This document shows, in pieces, positions 14,501 to 26,500 of a stretch of 64,000 nt of DNA. Each line of letters starts with the position of its first letter. Within the stretch, counting starts at the first letter, position 1. The position numbers and the translations under genes are program-made. The DNA comes from Veleropilina oligotropha. Taxonomy: Eukaryota. The stretch spans positions 434,001-498,000 of the forward strand of contig JBEUKZ010000054.1 of assembly GCA_048128005.1 (NCBI GenBank), written 5' to 3'. Under the pieces are notes generated by a model. That model was not told where the DNA came from and searched no databases. It saw only the letters and a list, made by a program, of their open reading frames with translations.

Positions 14501-17500
14501 TAATGTTTTCATCATGATAATATACATTTAAACTCGAAAAGTTAATTATTCGTTGATATTGTCGCTGTTTATGCTATATAAATTATTTCAAATGGCGGCC
14601 ATCTTGAAATTCAAAATGGCCGCCATAACGGCATCGGTTCAAATGCAAACATTGGTTTTCAAATTCTGTTGGTTATAATGTTTCCAAAAATGTATAGGTT
14701 TGCAAATCTCCAAAAAATATAAACGAAAATACATAACACACTGGACTATTAGGAAATGTGACTCCTATTATATTATATTGCAAAACCATCACAAATTTCA
14801 AGTCTTTTGGCTTTTTGTTGATCACTAAATTAATTTTCAGACTGAAGTTTGCTTTGGAAGGCATGCATGTCATCCTTTAGAATACGCTGATCAATGAATT
14901 GTTTGTCTGATCTGAGATTAGATGCGTGCACTGATGTTAAGGAAATGCGAGTGACCGACTCCATCACAATTTTCAAATTATCTTCACTACGACCATTCCA
15001 CCTACTACCATAGTGGCGCCTGTGATGATAACAGATGCAGTCACCAGTCATAACGTTTCAACAAATCTCTGAATTGTTCTCCTGTCCAATGCTTGATGAG
15101 GATAAGGGTGACAATGCATACAGAATTAGCGTTGAACTTTGGATACAGTTTTTGAGAGGATCCAAAACTCAACTATTATTGTTATCTGCTCAATTGTCAT
15201 TATGGTCATATTTCAATATGACCAAATGGTATCAAACAAAACTTCCACCTCTATGGAACAAGAAAATATGACTTGATCACATTTCCAAAATATTTTAGGG
15301 GTTCAATATGAAGTGGCATAATGGGGACAATTTTTGGGGACACACTATGTCTATATCTCATACGCTTCAATGATATTAGCAATCTGACGTCCTTGGTCCC
15401 TGGTTCAGCTGTTTGTGCATATATGTCTATATTCTCACACGCTTCAATGATACGAGCAATCTGACGTCCTTGGTCCCCTGGTTCAGCTGTTTGTGCATAT
15501 ATGTCTATATTCTCACACGCTTCAATGATACGAGCAATCTGACAACGTCCTTGGTCCCTGGTTCAGCTGTTTGTGTATATATGTCTATATTCTCACACGC
15601 TTCTTTGATATGAGCAATCTGACATCCTTGGTCCCCTGGTTCAGCTGTTTGTGAATATATGTCTATATTCTCACACTCTTCAATGATACGAGCAATCTGA
15701 CGTCCTTGGTCCCCTGGTTCAGCTGTTTGTGAATATATGTCTATATTCTCACACTCTTCAATGATATGAGCAATCTGACGTCCTTGGTCCCTGGTTCAGC
15801 TGTTTGTGAATATATGTCTATATTCTCACACGCTTCATGATATGAGCAATCTGACGTCCTTGCATGGTCCCCTGGTTCAGCTGTTTGTGAATATATGTCT
15901 ATATTCTCACACGCTTCATTGATATGAGCAATCTGACAACGTCCTTGCTCCCTGGTTCAGCTGTTTGTGCATATATGTCTATATCTTACCTCCAACAAGT
16001 TTCCACGATAGCGATTGGGTTAGACCCATCACGTGTCGACGGTGTATAAACCATATGCGGTCAGTTCACCTCCATATGGGGTCGGTATAGAGTTATCGCC
16101 CCTGTCAGTGCCTGTGGCTTACAAATCGATAAACAATATGGCGGCCAAAACACGGTTCGCGCAGACGACACCACAGGAATGTGACCGGTTTAGACAGGTT
16201 AAAGTGTAAAAAAAGGTTGTCGGTAAGATATATTCGTTACATGGTGCTTTAGTGACGTAATATGGTATATACAGGGTGAGTAGAATTCATATCAGGCTCG
16301 AGCTTCGCTCTCGCCTGATATGAAATCTACTCACCCTGTATATACCATATTACGTCACTAAAGCACCATGTAACTAATAATATTATCACACTCTTCAATG
16401 ATATGAGCAATCTGACGTCCTTGGTCCCTGGTTCAGCTGTTTGTGCATATATGTCTATATTCTCACACGCTTCATGATATGAGCAATCTGACGTCCTTGG
16501 TTCCCTGGTTCAGCTGTTTGTGCATATATGTCTATATTCTCACACGCTTCATGATATGAGCAATCTGACGTCCTTGGTCCCTGGTTCAGCTGTTTGTGAA
16601 TATATGTCTATATTCTCACACGCTTCATGATATGAGCAATCTGACGTCCTTGGTCCCCTGGTTCAGCTGTTTGTGCATATATGTCTAGATTCTCACACGC
16701 TTCATGATATGAGCAATCTGACGTCCTTGGTCCCCTGGTTCAGCTGTTTGTGAATATATGTCTATATTCTCACACGCTTCAATGATGTGAGCAATCTGAC
16801 GTCCTTGGTCCCCTGGTTCAGCAGTTCTAGTCAATCACTGGTGTCAAGCAACCTTGATGAATGACCATCCCTTTTGCTGTAGACAAACTCATCTCATCAG
16901 ACAGGGACATGAAGATGTGGTCGTAAAACTAAGATTCAAATAAAATTCTTGTTCCAAAGAAAATCTTAGAATTATCATATTTTCCCATTACAACATGTTG
17001 CACCCTTTCGATGTGTATGGATTGACACAAAAACTCTTTACCGCAATGTGATGGGCACAAACACAGGGTCCTTTCAAATCCACTATAGTGCAGTAAGTAT
17101 GCCGCAAAAATGGTTAAGATCAAATTAAATACATCATTGGGTGATACCTTGATGTCGTATCCGATGCCGTGTGCACGACACATCTGGAAGAACACGCTGT
17201 AGTGGACGACGGAGAGGTTCGTGTGGTGCAGTCGAGTGCTCATCACGGCGAAGCGGTTAGGGTTGACGGGTCGCTGAAACAGACAGTTATATGGTACTTT
17301 TGGTATTTAAAAATGAGTATCTTTCCAGTATAAAGTATACGTGTATTTCAGTAATATCCAAATCCCGAAAATCTGTGCTTGTAAAAATTGTGTGAGTGAA
17401 ATGTTTTGAGGCATCTGGGATGCACCATTAATTAACTGTGTCTATAAATCATAATTTATTACTATTCGGAACAGAATGCCATCAGATGATGGGGTGCGCC

Positions 17501-20500
17501 GGTTAACTTTCCTTTGCATATGTTAGTTTGACAGGGATGACCTGTTAATATATCGCTAATTTAAAACTCTGGTGTCAGTCAGCGTTTCCATTACATGACG
17601 TCTGGGTGGATAGTCTGGGAGTCCATTACCTCAGGCTGGCAAAATTTCGCAGTTTTCACCTCTGATTCAAGGCAAATTTCCACAAATGGCATAAAATGCA
17701 CTTTATGTTGTCCCAATACAATTCCGAGACGTTTTTGTATGTAATGTTACACTGTTATATAATTATCCCCAAGGTAATGAAAGAGACATGATTGTGCTGT
17801 GGAATCTGGGTGACTGAATACTCATAGTTCTGAATATGTGACATTAGAGCAAATCAACTCTACCTCGTCCTCCTGGCCCTGGAGCCGTTTCCGCCGGGAT
17901 TTCCGTTCCTGTTTCACTGTGGGGACGTCAAATATGTGGGTGCGCGTATCCAGGGAGCCCTTACTGACGAACCGCAGCAGCTGGTACATGGCCATGCTGT
18001 CGCTGTACGAGATGCTGATGTCAAGGGCCCACAGGTGCTGGTCCATCTAGGAGGAATACACGAAGTATCAGACAGCAGACGACACTCAGGTGTACTTATT
18101 TAGGAGAGAAAAGCAAATTAGAAATACATGAATCCTATGCCTCATGTAATCTGATGCAAACTGTAAACAATGTTTATATGTAATAATAATAATAATACTC
18201 GGGTCTTATATATAGAGGATCTAATATGAGTGGTAATGTAATATCACATTTATGAAACGAGTTTAACTAATTTTCATATTTTCCGAGGCTTGCCGAGGAA
18301 AATATGAAAATTAGTTAAACGAGTTTCATAAATGTGATATTACATTACCACGAGTGTGAGGTTCTGTTTATCACATATCGCTCTTCGGTAGGAAACAAAC
18401 TACAAACTCACGAAATTGCCTCACCGGTACGAAGAATCAGCGGTAGATTGAAGGCGACATTACGGCGTAGTGATATGTAAACAGTTTAATGCAAAAAGGA
18501 CGTGTTTACTCATTACATAAATTAGTAACATTAATGCCGTCTAAAAAGAGTGCGAAAGTAGTTGATTAATTAAGTTAATTAATAAATATTCTTTGAAAAT
18601 GAACCGATATAACTTTATATAAACTATATGAACATATTAGAATAACAATTTTCATTAGGATTTAAAACTATCTGCCAAAAACAGTAACGGTGGATAGGCT
18701 ATGTGTCGCTGACCGGTTAGAATCTGTCATTGACGTCTGCTATCGCGGAGAAGCTATGTATACATGTATACGTACCTCGGGTCCTGCATATATGTGATTG
18801 TCGCGTCCGCAATCTCGTTACCTCAAAATCAGTTCCAATAATCTCTAACATGTTGTTGTTTTTTGGCCGTTGCTATAAATTTCCACTATCGCCGCCATAT
18901 TGTCAACATTACAAATATTGGCGGAAATCTCATTAAACAAAACGTAGTACAAACAAGAAGTGCGCTCGACCTTTAGTGACACGCATTTCTATTGGCTGTT
19001 CTAATTTCATTCATTCATTCATCCAATCGCATTTGGATATGGCAAAAACACACGTTGATTACGACGAATAATACATGGTGTTGCACTATGGGAGAATGAC
19101 CTAGATATGTGATAAAACGCATTATTACGCTAGTGTCTCTATGCCCTGAACATTATTACCCCTGGTTATGGGCCTGTTTCACTCTATATGCCATCTCAAC
19201 TCCCTCTAGGAGCATTACAGTCATTTACATGCGGGTAGCGCCGTGACTTACATAACTGCCAACCAGGTACCCATTCAGATCGGCTGGGTGGACCGAGGCA
19301 AATACTAGTATATGCTTATTTCCTTGCCTGAGTTAAATCGCCGAGCCTTGGGGGGACGAAATCGAGACTCTGTGACCAGAGTCCTGTGAACAACCCACTG
19401 AGCCACGACGGCAAGATATAACGTTGCCAAAGAAAGCATCTACCATGGTTGAGAAACTTTAACCAAACTTTCTATGTACCAACACACCTATTTTCTGTAT
19501 TATTTAATTTAATGCAATTCAATATGACTACCAGACTATCATGTGGAATCAATATAACCTACACACAATGCAAACGAAACATTGATAAACCCAAGTGCAC
19601 TCTATGAAAAACTTCAACCAAAATTTCTTATGTCTAAAGCTGTCCAGTTTTAACTCCTTTCAGGATCATACATGACATGTCCATATTATTGCGGGAAGAA
19701 ATCTGAATCATCTGGCCAGTTTTTAAATAGAAACTCCACTCCAGCGCAGCCATTACAATCAGTACAAATGAATTTATCTTACTTTAGCTCTCAATACTGC
19801 AATCTGATTGGTTAACGTTCCTTCGACAATTACCGTATTCCCCACCCAGGCGGGGTATATGAATTATTTATACTTTACGTAGTTGTGTGTACTATTGTGA
19901 TTTGGAGCGCCCTCGAAGACAACGGAGATAATTGTGAACATGTCGTCTGCCAAAACATCAATGCAAATGTTAAGTCTTAGAATCGTCCATCGTTTCGAAA
20001 ATTTTGCATCAATTTCATTTTATAGTCGTAACGGTTTACACTTTTGACATTTTCATGTAAAATGAATATCCAATTATCCTTATTTAGCTAATTTGGGTGT
20101 TTACTTCGACTTCCTATTATTCTCCTGCGCAGAGACGTCATTTCTTTATCGTGCTGTACGGAGTATTCTTAATTTCTCTGCCTGGAGAGTGACGGTTGCT
20201 AGGCATTATTATTTCATTCTAATGGGCGCGTCAGAATATATTCAATATTTTATATAATGTATATTGGTATGGATGTATTTGCCACAAACATACTTTGTGT
20301 ATTTTTCAATAATCATGCCAATTATGCTAAAATATCACAGTTATAACGGAAGGAATATTTTTTATATTGAACACGAGTTTTACACATGATCTTCGGCAGA
20401 GCTGAAAACATTATTTTAGGAACGCGTTTTATTTCGTAACAACAATAGCATATATAAAATGGATTCTTTCACGGAGTTACGAAGTTGGAAAAGAAACTTG

Positions 20501-23500
20501 TTCAAAAGGCTTGATTTTATTATATTGAAGTAAGATAAATTCGTTGTCGGCATAGCCCTCGTGAAATATGGGTCTATGTACCGTTTGTGAGAATTTATTA
20601 ACCTCGACTTCGTCTCGGTTAATAAATTCTCACAAACAGGTACATAGACCCATATTCCCCTCGGGCAATGCCAACAACTTATAATATACAGCAATGCAAT
20701 TAACCATCTCGGCCAATTGTGTGACCTTATACAATCAAAAGCATTGCAGATTTGCCAAATAACATAGCAAAAATCAGATATTAAATAATTCACAAGATCA
20801 GTCTGGTGTGTAAAACTAAAATAACATTGCTGCGCAACATCTTCAATTTAGTGAAAGTGTAACAAACTATTATTAAAAATACTACTCCCAAACCATGTAT
20901 ATCGTCGTAATATGTGCATACTTACCGTTTTGGGGTTGATGAATGTGACAAAGTCCACACGGAAATGTCCCATGATGCCTCTGGATTTGCATCCTTCAGC
21001 GATTTTATAACACGCTTCATTAAGCATTTCCGGCTCGACAGACGACTGCGGGACCGACATTCCCCAACACGAGAACGGAGACTCTGCATGAATCTGGTCG
21101 CCAACGGACACGATATTCACGTCCCCTGTAGGCTCTATTAGCATATCCACAGTGAGCGTGGTTATGCTCTCAGAGGGAGGACAGGCCTCAATGACGCCAC
21201 CTACAACATACGTACAGTTGCAAACAATAAGAATGATATTTGTATTTGATGACAGATGACCAACACCCTTCAGGTTAATAATGTAACAGGTCCTGTCCAT
21301 ATTATCGCGGATGAAACTGGTCATCGTGGAAAACCAGTTATGGACAACTGTGACTGTTAACTCCACCGAGTCGAGTCAAAGCTATTGCAATATGTACGAG
21401 TGAATTCGGAGCAAAATTCAACAATGACGTCAACATCGAATCAATGCGAGAACCTGAATGGTCATAATGTAGACATACCCTGACTGAGAAAAGCATCCAG
21501 AAATTTTTCCCATGTAGAATAAAATAGTTTGTTGACTGGCTGACCAAATTTTGCGAGGATTTCTGGGATTTCAGCATGAATTTTTATGTACGCTGCTTCC
21601 TGAAAAAACAAGATGATGAACAGTTGCAATTGGTGGCAACATTGTTTTTTGAGGAAACAGCTTTAAATAAGTTACCCTTCTTGTTGCTGGATCATCTCAT
21701 GCAATTATGTACATATTATATTTACTGTATACTTATGCCAATAAATATTGTTTAAACTAACATTGTTTTACGACCACATTTGGCAATATCGTAGTCGGGA
21801 CAACCGGTTTATGGTGTCACTCCGATCTGACCGACGTACATTAGGGATGTCTTCTACTATTTAAGCAATAGAACGAACCGCTGCTGGTCTTGAACCCGGG
21901 ACCAACTAACAGCTTCGGTTGAGAGTTTGGTGCACTAACCACTCGCCCCCGATGAAGAACCCAGGACCAACTAACAGCTTCGGTTGAGAGTTTGGTGCAC
22001 TAACCACTCACCCCCGATGAAGAACCCAGGACCAACTAACAGCTTCGGTTGAGAGTTTGGCTCACTAACCACTCGCCCCCGATGAAGAACCCAGGACCAA
22101 CTAACGGCTTCGGTTGAGAGTTTGGCGCACTAACCACTCGCCCCCGATGAAGAACCCAGGACCAACTAACAGCTTCGGTTGAGAGTTTGGCGCACTAACC
22201 ACTCGCCCCCGATGAAGAACCCAGGACCAACTAACAGCTTCGGTTGAGAGTTTGGCGCACTAACCACTCGCCCCCCGATGAAGAACCCAGGACCAACTAA
22301 CAGCTTCGGTTGAGAGTTTGGCGCACTAACCACTCGCCCCCCGATGAAGAACCCAGGACCAACTAACAGCTTCGGTTGAGAGTTTGGCGCACTAACCACT
22401 CGCCCCCCGATGAAGAACCCAGGACCAACTAACGGCTTCGGTTGAGAGTTTGGCGCACTAACCACTCGCCCCCCGATGAAGAACCCAGGACCAACTAACA
22501 GCTTCGGTTGAGAGTTTGGCGCACTAACCACTCGCCCCCCGATGAAGAACCCAGGACCAACTAACGGCTTCGGTTGAGTTTGGTGCACTAACCACTCACC
22601 CCTGATGAAGAACCCAGGACCAACTAACGGCTTCGGTTGAGTTTGGTGCACTAACCACTCGCCCCCGATGAAGAACCCAGGACCAACTAACGGCTTCGGT
22701 TGAGTTTGGTGCACTAACCACTCGCCCCCGATGAAGAACCCAGGACCAACTAACGGCTTCGGTTGAGTTTGTCGCACTAACCACTCGCCCCCGATGAAGA
22801 ACCCAGGACCAACTAACGGCTTCGGTTGAGTTTGGTGCACTAACCACTCGCCCCCCGATGAAGAACCCAGGACCAACTAACGGCTTCGGTTGAGTTTGGC
22901 GCACTAACCACTCACCCCCGATGAAGAACCCAGGACCAACTAACAGCTTCGGTTGAGTTTGGTGCACTAACCACTCGCCCCCGATGAAGAACCCAGGACC
23001 AACTAACAGCTTCGGTTGAGTTTGGCGCACTAACCACTCGCCCCCGATGAAGAACCCACGACCAACTAACAGCTTCGGTTGAGTTTGGTGCACTAACCAC
23101 TCGCCCCCCGATGAAGAACCCAGGACCAACTAACAGCTTCGGTTGAGTTTGGCGCACTAACCACTCACCCCCGATGAAGAACCCAGGACCAACTAACAGC
23201 TTCGGTTGAGTTTGGTGCACTAACCACTCGCCCCCGATGAAGAACCCAGGACCAACTAACAGCTTCGGTTGAGTTTGGCGCACTAACCACTCACCCCCGA
23301 TGAAGAACCCAGGACCAACTAACAGCTTCGGTTGAGTTTGGTGCACTAACCACTCGCCCCCGATGAAGAACCCAGGACCAACTAACAGCTTCGGTTGAGT
23401 TTGGCGCACTAACCACTCACCCCCGATGAAGAACACAGGACCAACTAACAGCTTCGGTTGAGAGTTTGGTGCACTAACCACTCGCCCCCGATGAAGAACA

Positions 23501-26500
23501 GCAATGCCATTGCTTGGGATCAAGGGTTAAAGGCAAGTCATATTTAAATGGTACAGAATTAACAATAAAGAACAACGGCCACCTCCACGAAATTATATCT
23601 TCTGATTTGATGTTTACTTTCATGATAAAGAGGGTAAATTTAACCAAACCATACTCAAATTCGCAACCCTAGTTTCGTACCTGTGCCCACTTCTTGTTCC
23701 ACTTCTCTCCATATCGCTGCGCCTCCTTTGCCGCCCAGCTGTAGCACCTCAGGTGATCCGCCACGTCGCAGTATGCGATCCCTCGCCCATCAAACTCGTC
23801 GTCGAGCTTGAACAGCCAGCGACGCACTAACAAGTTCTCTGTCACCAGCTGGGCTAAGCACTCGTGCAGCTGAAAAGCATTACGATTCTTACACAAATAG
23901 TCCTCAGAAAAATCGTTATAAAACATGATTATAATCTCAGCTCAGTGTTCACACATATTTAAGTTAATACAACAAAAACTATTATTTGTCTCTCGGATAC
24001 TACATGCTTTGATAAAATTAAGTTATAAAAATAACTGTGATTTCTGTAGACGTATGCATTTTGATATTTGAATGAGCTTCAATAAATGTTGGTCAGTACA
24101 CAGTTTTAACATTTTGTAAACACCTCAAAGTAAAGGTAAGACATCCTATCCGGTACTTATTGTATTGTGTGTTGTACAATTTACCTGCTGCAGGCTGTAC
24201 ACGTCAAATTCACTTGGCGGCATATCAACGTTAGCACTGGCGAATATCCGCTTACAGCCGGACTTCGTGGAGTACAGGTGAGCTACGTCCGGTTCCGGGC
24301 ACAGGATGGGACAATCCAGAGTGTCCGCAATCGACAGGTCATCTTTGTGCGGGACACCAGCGACGATATACGCATCTCGCCCTCGGATCAGGTTCTTGAT
24401 CCGATGTAACGTTTTGGGGCTGTATTTTAGGATAGTTGACAGGCACATTCTATGAGTCTAGAAAGAAAAGATTAATATTTATTACAATTCAGGGAATAAT
24501 TCCATGTTTTATATTAATAACCTATATTACACAGAAATGCCATCAGATGAGGAAGCAAGGTATATGAAGCGATGTTATGACCAATATTGGAGCATCCAGG
24601 CACCATCTGCAAATATTACAGGATAAATGTACATATTATGGATAATGATATCTCACTGCAGTATAACAATGCATAACCAATTATGCCGTACTCACAGGGA
24701 AGCTTTTGTGGCTGCCGGGAATAATATTATTATCTTATGGATAACGATATCTCACTGTAGCATAACAATTCCTATTATTTTCGTACTCACAACAGGGAAG
24801 TTTTTATGGTGTCTGGGAAAGTATATAATTATGATCTTGTAGCGATCGGTCATGTCGTACTCACCGGGAAGCTTTTAAACACATCCGGACATATGATCTT
24901 ATCGAGTTCAGTCATGCCATACTTACCGGGAAGCTTTTAATGGCATCTGGGAAGATGATCTTGTAGCGGTCGGTCATGTTGTACTCACCGGGAAGCTTTT
25001 GATTGCATCCGGGAAGATTATCTTGTAGCGGTCGGTCATGTCCGCCTGGTCATCCACGTTCCCGCTCTCCACCGCCGCACGGAGACCCAGGAGCTTGGAG
25101 TAGTACTGCAGAGACTCCTCGGTGAGCGGCACGGGCGACACGTAGATCACGTCCACGTTGGGATCTGATGAGAAATTATACTGCTTTTTTGCACATTTCA
25201 TGACCGCTCAAATCGATGTTATAAATGATTCCTAATTGGATTAGATCGATGCTTAATATCCTCCTTTATATTTACAACCTTCAGGTTCAAGGCAGGACAC
25301 ATCCATATTATCGCGATAAGAAAGCCCGTTCACCCGGGAAAACCCGCCCTCTCCGGCCAGGTACAGACAACTGTGATTCATAACTTAACAAAATGTCATG
25401 TCCCAACCGAGATTCGAACCCACTACTGTTCAACTTCATGTCATTGAAATCAAGACAGTGATTTTCGGAGTCTGCAACTGAAACCACACGACTGTCTGAG
25501 CGGCCTACGTTGGCATCTACAGAGCAATGATATCACTGTGTCTGAGCGGCCTACGTTGGGATCTACAGAGCAATGATATCACTGTGTCTGAGCAGCCTAC
25601 GTTGGGATCTACAGAGCAATGATATCACTGTGTCTGAGCAGCCTACGTTGGGATCTACAGAGCAATGATATCACTGTGTCTGAGCAGCCTACGTTGGGAT
25701 CTACAGAGCAATGATATCACTGTGTCTGAGCAGCCTACGTTGGGATCTACAGAGCAATGATATCACTGTGTCTGAGCAGCCTACGTTGGGATCTACAGAG
25801 CAATGATATCACTGTGTCTGAGCAGCCTACGTTGGGATCTACAGAGCCATGATATCACTGTGTCTGAGCAGCCTACGTTGGGATCTACAGAGCAATGATA
25901 TCACTGTGTCTGAGCGGCCTACGTTGGGATCTACAGAGCCATGATATCACTGTGTCTGAGCAGCCTACGTTGGGATCTACAGAGCCATGATATCACTGTG
26001 TCTGAGCAGCCTACGTTTGGATCTACAGAGCAATGATATCACTGTGTCTGAGCAGCCTACGTTGGGATCTACAGAGCCATGATATCACTGTGTCTGAGCA
26101 GCCTACGTTTGGATCTACAGAGCAATGATATCACTGTGTCTGAGCGGCCCATGTATAGGATCTACAGAGCAATGATATCACTGTGTCTGAGCGGCCGACG
26201 TTGGGATCTACAGAGCAATGATATCACTGTGTCTGAGCGGCCTACGTTTGGATCTACAGAGCAATGATATCACTGTGTCTGAGCGGCCGACGTTGGGATC
26301 TACAGAGCAATGATATCACTGTGTCTGAGCGGCCGACGTTGGGATCTACAGAGCAATGATATCACTGTGTCTGAGCGGCCGACGTTGGGATCTACAGAGC
26401 AATGATATCACTGTGTCTGAGCGGCCTACGTTGGCATCTACAGAGCAATGATATCACTGTGTCTGAGCGGCCGACGTTGGGATCTACAGAGCAATGATAT

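Larger units (their letters stand above)
10313..15347. mobile_element. Tc1/mariner-like DNA transposon remnant with nested insertions
   Basis: Imperfect TIRs CAGGGTGTCCCAAAAAATGTCCCCATT / AATGGGGACAATTTTTGGGGACACACT, inserted at a TA of the 77-bp repeat; no transposase seen. Confidence 0.6.

Noticed and set aside
15348..16822. 77-bp minisatellite as another splice-junction echo
   Set aside because: No match found to any IQCH exon boundary in the window
22166..23523. Repetitive 177-236 aa ORFs
   Set aside because: Translations of the 63/66-bp minisatellite; the frame changes with unit length
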